From: Verrucomicrobiota bacterium
GTDB taxonomy: Bacteria; Verrucomicrobiota; Verrucomicrobiia; Limisphaerales; JACDHS01
Reading direction: 5' to 3'
Length of the DNA: 64,000 nucleotides
Assembly: GCA_013820875.1 (NCBI GenBank)
Contig: JACDHS010000003.1
Location: 26,952 to 90,951 of the forward strand
The notes beneath the pieces were generated by a model, which did no database searches, had not been told where the DNA came from, and saw only the letters and a list, made by a program, of their open reading frames with translations. Of the stretch, positions 17,228 through 26,000 are shown piece after piece. The translations under genes and the position numbers were made by a program. Positions within the stretch are counted from its first letter, which is position 1. Each line of letters begins with the position of its first letter.

Positions 17228-17689
17228 TTGGTCTTTGTTCATGTGATGTTGGGAGAGGAGGTAATTCTGTATGTGGAAGACGACGAAGCCTATGCGCAGC
17301 TCATGGAGTGTGTGCTGAAGCAGAGTGGTTTTACGCATCGCATGATCCATCTCAGCTCCGCGGCACAGGCAAAAGCCTACATCGAAGGGGTCGGCGAGTT
17401 TACAGATCGCCAGCGTTATCCTTTACCTTGCCTGATCCTGGCCGATTTGAAGATGCCCGAAATGACCGGGCTTGAATTCCTCGACTGGGTGCGTTCTCAC
17501 TCTTCACACCGCCAACTGCCATATGTGATCCTCACTTCTTCGGAGGATTTGAAAGACATCATAAAAGCTTATCAACTGGGCGCTGATTCTTTCCTGGTAA
17601 AGCCGCCACGCGTTCCCGACCTCGTTGAAATGGTTAAAGGGATGGAGAATTTCTGGGCAAAACGAAATCCCTCCAACAGGAAACTTTGA
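17228..17689 (+). CDS. Stand-alone response regulator (receiver domain only)
   Basis: Contains ILYVEDDEAYAQL, LADLKMPEMTG and LVKP. The start is uncertain (17228 or the downstream ATG giving MLGEE). Confidence 0.8.
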   Translation: MVFVHVMLGEEVILYVEDDEAYAQLMECVLKQSGFTHRMIHLSSAAQAKAYIEGVGEFTDRQRYPLPCLILADLKMPEMTGLEFLDWVRSHSSHRQLPYVILTSSEDLKDIIKAYQLGADSFLVKPPRVPDLVEMVKGMENFWAKRNPSNRKL

Positions 17690-17691
17690 CC

Positions 17692-18813
17692 CTACTTTTT
17701 GGCTGCTTTCACGCGCAGGAAGTGCGGGAAATAAAGACGCGCATCCTTGATGACCTCTCCGACATCGAATGAGTTCGAGGCATAGGTGATGATCAGTTCG
17801 TCCCGTTTGCTGCTCAATTGTGGATGGGCTTTTCCGGCGTAGCAGAACACCTTGGACGGATACTTCATCTCCGGACATTCGTAGAGCAGGGTGGGTTCGC
17901 TCCATGGTCCGCTCGGCTTGTCCGCAGTTCGCAACATTACTTTGCCCCAGATGCTTTGCGTATGCACGAAGACGTATTTCTTGAGCGCAGGCCAGTAAGA
18001 GACCGATGCCTCCGATGCCGTTTCATCGCTGATCGGGGTCGCGGATTTGAAATCGGTCGTCCATTTGCCGTTCGAGAAAAAGCGCCAATCGTCGAAAGAA
18101 GCAAATTTTCGTTCCGGCACCCGTGCCACGATCATTCCTTTGACTGCTTTTTCCGGGCCTGAATTGTTGCCGTAGATATAAACGAACCCTTTGTCCTTCA
18201 TCACTGCCGAGCCGAAGGTGATCGAGTCCTTCCCGTTATACTCTGCAAAGGGAAATTTCAATTGTTCAATGCGCCACTTCATTGGGTCATCCTTGGGATT
18301 CTTGATGCGCGCAAGGGATGTGCTGAAGCCGCGGAATCCGAATACCGAACTATGATCCACGATCTCCACCTGGCGCAAAAAGAAGAACACGCCGTCCTTC
18401 GTTTGGGCGCCGTCAAACAGCCAGTAAAAGCCGCGTCCATCTTCCGGTTTGATTAACGACTCCGCCTCCGCGCTGTGGACATTCGTTCGGTAATAAAATT
18501 GCGGCTCTTTGCCGTGTTCCTGGATGGCGATTGTGTTGTTGATCATCTTCACATCGGAACGTTTGCCATCGCGCACCGTGCCGATCCATGTGTCGCTGAA
18601 GAGCCAGAGCGTTTTGTTGCGAGAGAGAGGAATTGAATAAGCCCCATCGGCGCCGATCCAGCCGTTGGTCTTTCGGAAAAAGGCATTCAGTTCCGGGGCA
18701 ATGGTGGTGGTGAATTCCGCGCCAGACAACAGACCGCCACAAAGCAGGAGAAGGAATGTCACGAGAACGGCTCTCATTCGGTTTCGCATCGCCCTATTGA
18801 GAACGGTGTTCAT
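17692..18813 (-). CDS. Secreted beta-propeller-type glycoside-hydrolase-like protein (DUF4185/DUF5005-like)
   Basis: 373 aa with a signal peptide. The GADGAYSIPL...TLWLFSDTWIG motif is typical of that family. I made this assignment from memory only. Confidence 0.45.
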   Translation of the reverse strand: MNTVLNRAMRNRMRAVLVTFLLLLCGGLLSGAEFTTTIAPELNAFFRKTNGWIGADGAYSIPLSRNKTLWLFSDTWIGTVRDGKRSDVKMINNTIAIQEHGKEPQFYYRTNVHSAEAESLIKPEDGRGFYWLFDGAQTKDGVFFFLRQVEIVDHSSVFGFRGFSTSLARIKNPKDDPMKWRIEQLKFPFAEYNGKDSITFGSAVMKDKGFVYIYGNNSGPEKAVKGMIVARVPERKFASFDDWRFFSNGKWTTDFKSATPISDETASEASVSYWPALKKYVFVHTQSIWGKVMLRTADKPSGPWSEPTLLYECPEMKYPSKVFCYAGKAHPQLSSKRDELIITYASNSFDVGEVIKDARLYFPHFLRVKAAKK

Positions 18814-19217
18814 CCAAAAAGAAATCCTTTTCGCACACAGGCGGAGGAGTTGATTGTGACACGAGCCTTATGTTTGGTGGCGCTAAAGACGCTGTTGAGC
18901 CTTCCATGAAAGCGTTTCCAGTATTCCTGCCAGTGGCTCTCGATCAATTCGGCGAGTTTCACCATTGAAGCGAAAAAGGTGGATTTATAGAAACGAGCTA
19001 CCCAGCGGCACCCAACGGCACGATTACTTCGAAGCGATGCCGGGCCTTTGCGGTTCCGACAGGAGTGCCCTGCGCACGTGTGCAGGTGTGTCTGTGGTTC
19101 CCGCCGAGTGGCCTGCGCGCGGGCGTGTGGAGCCCTTCCAAAGCGCATGCGGATAAATCCTGACCTTTAACTGGGGCCGGATACCTGCTGGCACCTCATC
19201 TGCTAAAACCCTGCCTA

Positions 19218-21662
19218 ATGAGGTTTTTGTCCGGAAGCGTTCGTGCTTCTTTTGTCGTATTCGTAACACTTTGCCTGTGCAGTGCCGTCTCCCACGCAGC
19301 CACTTATTATGTGAGTGCCAGTGGCAATGACTCTAACAATGGCCAATCTCCCGGCGCGGCCTGGCGAAGTGTCAATAAAGTGAACAGTGTCAATTTCGTG
19401 GCCGGAGACACGATCCTGTTTGAAGGCGGTCGAATTTTTGCCGGGAATCTATATTTCGATTCCGCAGACCGTGGCACGGCATCGAACCAGATTACGATTG
19501 GTTCCTACGGCAGCGGACGCTCCACCATCAACGGGGGCAGCGACAATGCTTTTCTCGCCTACAACACAGCCGGGCTTGCTATCAAAAATATAAACTTCAC
19601 CGGTTCCGGCCCGACCGCGAACAAGAAAGATGGCGTGAGCTTTTTTACTGACCTGCCTGGAAACGTGAAACTTGCCGGGATCACCCTGGATGGCGTCGAA
19701 GTGAGTGGTTTCGGAAATTGCGGGATTCACATTGGTTCATGGAACAACCAGACTGGATACCGCGACGTGCATATCGTGAACGTTGTTGCTCGTGACAATT
19801 TGCACGCCGGCATCGCCACTTACGCGCAAGTGCCGCGGGTGCATGCGAACGTTTACATCGGCTATTCGCGCGCTTTCAACAATTTTGGAAACCCCGCGTC
19901 GAACAAGAATACCGGTAGCGGCATTGTGTTGGGCGGTGTTACCGGCGCGATGATCGAACGCTCCGTTGCCTTCAATAATGGCAAAAATAATTTCGCGCCG
20001 ACGGAGGGTCCGGTGGGTATCTGGGCTTACAATTCAGACCGTGTGGTCATTCAGTTCAACGAGGCTTATGCAAATCGCACCGGCAGCGGCAAGGACGGTG
20101 GCGGGTTCGACCTCGATATCGACGTCCAAAACTCGGTCATGCAATACAACTATTCGCACGACAACGATGGCGCTGGGTATTTGCTCTGCTGCGATGCTTC
20201 GAATTCAGGCAATGTGATCCGCTACAACATCAGCCAGAATGACGGACGCAAAAACGGTTACGCTGCCATTCACACCTACGGCAACATCCATAACACCGAG
20301 ATCTACAACAACACGATTTACATGAATCAAACCGGTGGCTCGCCTCGCGCAGTTTACCTGCAGAGCGGAACCACCAATATGCGTTTTCGGAACAACATTT
20401 TCTACACTGCTGGTGGCGCGAGATTGATCGAGGTAAGCGGTGGCCAAAGCGGTCTTCTCTTCCAGGGGAATTGTTACTTCGCGAGCGGCGCATTCAGTAT
20501 CATGCAAAATGGCGCAAACTTTTCGAGCTTCGATGCGTGGCGGAATGCGACGGGCCAGGAGTCTCTGAACGGCAGCAAAACTGGCTTCAACCTGGATCCG
20601 CAATTGAACGGCGCTGGGGCCGGGTGGACTTTGAACAACGCCAATGCGCTTTTCACACTGTCTGCCTACACATTGAAAGATTCATCGCCATTGGTGGATC
20701 AAGGACTCAACTTAAATTCCTTTGGAGTGAATCCCGGGCCTTCCGACTTTTTCGGAGGCGCAGTGATGCAGGGCGCGGGTCACGATGTGGGAGCACATGA
20801 AAGGTCAGGAACAACGCCGCCAAATGAACCTGTGCCGCCTGCGCCGCCAGTGGTACCCGAGCCGCCTGTGAGCGAGCCACCTGTGACACCGCCAACGGTC
20901 CCTCAGCCGGAACTCGCCGGCAAGCCGCAGATATTTTTCCAGAAGGCCGATGGTCGGATTGCTTTTTGGGGAATGCAGGACAGTTCCTTTATTGGCGCGG
21001 AGTGGGTGCGCGGCGGGCTTCCTGCGAATTCCAACTGGCGCGTTGTGACTGCAATTGATCTGAACGGCGACGGTTCGCGCGATCTTGTTTTCCAACACAA
21101 CAGCGGCCGACTCGCCGCCTGGAACCTGCAAGGTGGCACATTCCTGGGCGCTGGACAGTTGCGCCCCGGCACACCTCCTGGTGCGAAGTGGAGAACGGTC
21201 ACAATGGCTGACTTCAACGGCGACTCAAAGCCTGATCTTCTATTCCAAAATTCGGCAGGGCAGTTGATGATTTGGCAGATGGATGGCAGCGAATTTGTGA
21301 GTCGCACGGTGCTGGGCCAGATCCCTGAGAGCGGCTGGATCGCTTTCGGCGCCAGCGATTTCAACGGGGATGGCAAGCCTGACATTTTGTTCAGGAACAA
21401 AAACGGCGGGCTCCGGGTCTGGTTGATGGACGGACAGACTTTTCTCAGCAGCAAAGATTTACGCAGCACCTCACCGACGAACGGATGGAAACTGGCCGGA
21501 CTGGTGGATCTGAATCAGAACGGTCACACCGATCTGCTCTGGCGTCATGCCGATGGTCGTCTCGCCGTGTGGAAAATGAATCGCACAGACTTCGTCAACA
21601 GCGTGCTTTTGCGCAATGGACACAGGCTGGGTGCCGACTTGCGGGTGATTGGACCGAAGTAA
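19218..21662 (+). CDS. Secreted parallel beta-helix protein with a Pro-rich linker and C-terminal FG-GAP/VCBS repeats
   Basis: 814 aa with a signal peptide. It has pectate-lyase-like repeats (NNxIY, GGGFDLD), the linker PPNEPVPPAPPVVPEPPVSEPPVTPP, and 6 repeats of the DFNGDGKPDLLFQN..G.L..W type. Confidence 0.8.
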   Translation: MRFLSGSVRASFVVFVTLCLCSAVSHAATYYVSASGNDSNNGQSPGAAWRSVNKVNSVNFVAGDTILFEGGRIFAGNLYFDSADRGTASNQITIGSYGSGRSTINGGSDNAFLAYNTAGLAIKNINFTGSGPTANKKDGVSFFTDLPGNVKLAGITLDGVEVSGFGNCGIHIGSWNNQTGYRDVHIVNVVARDNLHAGIATYAQVPRVHANVYIGYSRAFNNFGNPASNKNTGSGIVLGGVTGAMIERSVAFNNGKNNFAPTEGPVGIWAYNSDRVVIQFNEAYANRTGSGKDGGGFDLDIDVQNSVMQYNYSHDNDGAGYLLCCDASNSGNVIRYNISQNDGRKNGYAAIHTYGNIHNTEIYNNTIYMNQTGGSPRAVYLQSGTTNMRFRNNIFYTAGGARLIEVSGGQSGLLFQGNCYFASGAFSIMQNGANFSSFDAWRNATGQESLNGSKTGFNLDPQLNGAGAGWTLNNANALFTLSAYTLKDSSPLVDQGLNLNSFGVNPGPSDFFGGAVMQGAGHDVGAHERSGTTPPNEPVPPAPPVVPEPPVSEPPVTPPTVPQPELAGKPQIFFQKADGRIAFWGMQDSSFIGAEWVRGGLPANSNWRVVTAIDLNGDGSRDLVFQHNSGRLAAWNLQGGTFLGAGQLRPGTPPGAKWRTVTMADFNGDSKPDLLFQNSAGQLMIWQMDGSEFVSRTVLGQIPESGWIAFGASDFNGDGKPDILFRNKNGGLRVWLMDGQTFLSSKDLRSTSPTNGWKLAGLVDLNQNGHTDLLWRHADGRLAVWKMNRTDFVNSVLLRNGHRLGADLRVIGPK

Positions 21663-21666
21663 AAGT

Positions 21667-22527
21667 TTAACGACTGGTTTTCAAAGGAATGAAAACCTCG
21701 TTCACACTGCCGCGGCGATAGCCCTGGAGATCCAGGGTCACGTGGGCGTAACCAAGTTTTTTGAGAGCTGCGGCAATCCGATTGGCATTGTCGTCGGAAA
21801 GAAATTTTGCCAGTTCACCCGCGCCGACCTCAATTCGTGCGAGGTGGAGTCTGCTGTTCTCATCGAGCGCCAGGCCGTTGGGCAAAGTGTGATGCCGCAC
21901 GCGAACATCGTAGAAACCCAAGTCACGCAAGCTGTATTCGGCTTCTTCGATCATCTTGAGTTTCTCGGGAGTCACAGGTTCGCCGTAGGGAAGACGCGAG
22001 CTTAGACAAGCCATCTGGGGTTTATCAGCAGTGGGTAAACCAAACTGAGCGGACAACTCGCGGATTTCAGCTTTCGTCAGGCCAGCTTCTTTCAGGGGCG
22101 CGCGCACCTGAAATTCGGAAGCGGCTTTTGCCCCGGGCCGATGATCGCCGATGTCACTTGCGTTTTCGCCGTAGGCAATCACAGCAAATTGCTTCGCTTT
22201 GGCGAGCGGCTCCAACTCGGTGAACAGTTCGTGTTTGCAGAAATAGCAGCGGTTGTTCGGGTTTGCCACGTAGTCGGCATTGGAAAATTCATTGGTGCGG
22301 ACGATCTCAACCGGGAACTCAAAACTTTTGGCGATCTCCAACGCTTCCGCGAGTTCACGTCTTGGCAGACTGGGCGAATCAGCAATCGCCGCCAGTGTTT
22401 TTTCACCGAGTGTTTGATGTGCGATATACGCCAGGAACACGGAGTCCACCCCGCCCGAATAGGCAACAAGGCAGGATTCGTAGGACCGCAATAAACCACG
22501 CAACTTCTCTAATTTCTCCACAGACAC
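21667..22527 (-). CDS. larE: PP-loop ATP-utilising enzyme (LarE-type sulfur transferase family)
   Basis: 286 aa. VAYSGGVDSVFLAY is an SGGxDS PP-loop and CYFCKHELF is also present. Confidence 0.6.
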   Translation of the reverse strand: MSVEKLEKLRGLLRSYESCLVAYSGGVDSVFLAYIAHQTLGEKTLAAIADSPSLPRRELAEALEIAKSFEFPVEIVRTNEFSNADYVANPNNRCYFCKHELFTELEPLAKAKQFAVIAYGENASDIGDHRPGAKAASEFQVRAPLKEAGLTKAEIRELSAQFGLPTADKPQMACLSSRLPYGEPVTPEKLKMIEEAEYSLRDLGFYDVRVRHHTLPNGLALDENSRLHLARIEVGAGELAKFLSDDNANRIAAALKKLGYAHVTLDLQGYRRGSVNEVFIPLKTSR

Positions 22528-23073
22528 ATGCCGAACCTGCCATTGCCCTCGGAAATTGTCGAGCGGACTACGTTAACGGGTTTGATTCAACGTGACGGGC
22601 AGAGTGTGCTTCTAATTTTGGCGGAGCATTTCTTCAATTCGCGCCAGCGTCCCGGACTGCGGTGGTTCTCTAGCCGCTCTTTCTTTGCTCAAGACGTATG
22701 GTTGTATACTCCTATTGCAGCCGACGAAAAGCGGCACAGGACTGTCGCAGTCCAAGACACTGGCGGATTCTTCAAGCACCAACAACGCTCCAGACGAATT
22801 TGCCCCCCCCGAGCTGGAATCACGCACATCAGCGCCGCTTGGGATCAAAACCGCAGGTTTTGCCAATAATCCTTACAGTAATTCCGGTGAAACTGTTAGC
22901 TGGAGCAATTCATAAGATAAACCACTACATAAAGTGAGGAGGTAATCCTATTGCGTTTGTGAGGGCTAGCACCTAATCTCTTGTTTACTCAAGCCCGATA
23001 TGAACCCCGTGAATTCGCATTCGTGTGTCTTCTATTTGGGCATGAGCTGTTGTTAACAAAACCTACAGAACCT

Positions 23074-26000
23074 ATGAAAAATAAACCCATAACCCGATAC
23101 AGGCTATCCGGGATGCTTGCCGTGGCATTGCCGGTCCTGTTCTTTGCTGCTGACGCAATGGCAGCAAAAGGCCCTCAACCCTCCATATGTACACGATCCT
23201 GTTGGGGCGCGCGCGCGCCGAAGTCAGGTGCTTCGCAGATGTCCGGTCTTACCCGCGCCATCGTCCATCACACCGCTGGCAATGAATACTCGACCACCGG
23301 TCTTACCTCCTCCAAGTCCTATCAACGTGGCATTCAGAACCTTCATATGAATGCCAACGGATGGAGTGACATTGGTTATCACTTCACAGTTGACAAGTTT
23401 GGCAACATTTTCGAAGGCCGTTCTGGCTCAATGAGCAGCCTTCCTCGTGGGGCTCACGACGGCTATAACTACAACAGTTTTGGTTTCACGTGCATGGGTT
23501 ACTATCACACACCCAAGAATAACGCGTTGACGTCTGCCCAAAAGACTTCTCTCGAGAAGGTTATTGCCTGGAGAATGCCCTCCTCTTGGTCGGCATCCGG
23601 TTCCGGCAGTTACAATGGCAAGACCGTGGGTTACCTGGACGGTCACTACAAAGTGAAATCCACAGCCTGCCCGGGTAGCATTATCATCAATCAGCTCGGA
23701 TCAATTCGCACTGGTGTCAATGCAAAGAAGAATGGTGGTTCCACTCCTTCGGGCCCAAGCAGCCTGACGGCGACTGCCTATTCGACAACTCGCATTGATC
23801 TGAAATGGGTGGATAATTCCGGGATTGAGACTGGGTTTAAAATTGAACGTTCCCTCTCATCTGGCAGCGGCTTTTCACAAATCGCGACCGTCGGTGCGAA
23901 TGTGAAGGCGTATTCGTCAACTGGCCTGGCAGCCGGTACGCGCTACTATTATCGCGTTCGTGCCTACAACGCCACGGGCAATTCGCCGTATTCCAACACC
24001 GCGAACACGACGACTAAACAAACCATCCCGGCAGCTCCGTCTGCGTTGACTGCTAACGCAACGTCAGACAAGCAGATCAATCTTGCCTGGACCGACAATT
24101 CCAATAATGAAAGTGGTTTCCGAGTTCTGCGTTCCACTGACGGCACAACTTTCGCGCAGATCGCGACAGTGGGCGTAAACGTCAAAACTTATAGCAACAC
24201 CGGCTTGACTGGAAATCGTAAGTATTACTATCGCGTGCAATCCTACAACAGCGCTGGTAACTCCGCTGTTTCCAATACCGCCAATGATACGACAGCGCCA
24301 CAAGCGCCGACGTCGTTGGTAGTGAGTACAGTGTCCGGAACAGCGAACTGGAATAAACTGCAACTGTCCTGGGTGGATAATTCGAGTGCGGAAACCGGTT
24401 TTAAAGTAGAACGCGGCACTGCGGCAGCCGGTCCATTCACGCAAATCGCGACCACCGGAGCAGGTGTTGCAACCTATCAGGATACCGGTTTGGCTGCTAC
24501 GACGACCTATTACTATCGCGTTCGTTCCTACAATGCGAATGGTAACTCCACATACACCCCAGTGGTTAGCCGTGCCACACCGAATGCTCCTCCAGTATTG
24601 GGTGCGATTGGAAATAAAACAGTGGCCGCAGGCAGTACTCTGGCTTTTACCGCTACGGCATCTGATCCGAACGGGACCACCACGACCACCACCTGGCAGA
24701 ACTTCACCAGCTTCGGGCATAACACTCCGAATGAAACGGTGTTGTTTAGACGCCCATCAAACTCCGCCACCACCAGTGCGTTCCTGACCACCGCGACCAA
24801 CTACACACGTGTTGTGAGCAATGGTCCGTCTGCCTGGGGTTCTGGCAACAAGAGCATCCTCGCAGGCTGGACGTTCAAGACTGGCATGGCCAATTATTGG
24901 ATCCGTTTGAATACGTTCAACACGGCTACCAATCCAAATCCGACCATCCAGTTGGATCAGCGTCTGCGGTTCAAAGTTTACGCCAACAAAGCCATCAAGG
25001 TTGGCCTCGGTATCCGTGAGACCGGTACGACGGCAGCTTACGGTGCGAACGGTGGAACAACCGGCGCCATCGAATGGGTCGGAGTTACTAATGTTGTGAG
25101 TGGTGCTCCAATTCCGAATAAATCGGTTGCTGCAGCCACTTCAGCAACCCTGACCTTCAACATTCCGTTCGAAGCTCAAGCCGGATTCACTGGCAATGGT
25201 GTGGTCCCGCAAACACCCACTAAGGGTGTTATGGAACATCTCGTTATCAAAGGTGAAGGTGGTACCGGTGCTTACACCGTTTGGTTCGATGATTTCCAGG
25301 TCATTCAGGCGAACAACAACGCTTTCACCCTCGTGGGTGCTCCCGCAGGCGCGAGTATCGGTTATCGAAATGGTAAGTTCTCCTGGACTCCAACAACTGG
25401 CCAGGTGGGCACGCATACCTTTACGGTTCGTGTCACAGACGCACTTGGCGGTGTCGATACCGAATCGATTACTGTAACCGTCACTGGAACAGGCAATGCC
25501 GCGCCTGTCCTCGCCAACATCAGTAATAAAACCGTGAACGAAGGCAGCAACCTGAGCTTCACGGCGACTGCCACCGATGCGAATGCTGGACAGACGCTGA
25601 CCTTCAGCCTTCTCTCCGGCGCTCCAAGTGGTGCCTCGATCACTGGCACGGGTAACTTCAGTTGGACACCCACTGAAGCACAAGGCCCTGGCAGCTATCC
25701 GATCTCAGTTCGCGTCACCGATAACGGTTCACCTGTTTCCAATGACACCAAAACCTTTACGGTCACTGTGAACGAAGTGAACTCAGCACCTGTGCTGGCC
25801 ACCATCAGCAATGTTTCGATCAACGAAGGCAGTTCGCTTAACGTGACTGCATCGGCCACTGATTCGGACATCCCGGCCAATACGATCACCTACAGCCTCG
25901 AAAACGCTCCAGATGGCATGACGATCAATGCTTCCAGTGGCGCGATCAGTTGGACGCCGGGTGAAGACGATGATGGTGTTGCACAAGTCACAGTGCGTGC

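Noticed and set aside
18810-19217. Small ORFs (112, 81 and 63 aa) in the divergent region between 17692-18813 and 19218-21662
   Set aside because: They are mutually overlapping and Arg/Cys-rich with no motifs. This is most likely a promoter region.
22981-23073. 31-codon extension at the start of the giant amidase ORF (TTG start)
   Set aside because: The ATG at 23074 is followed immediately by a classical signal peptide. The extension has no features of coding sequence.
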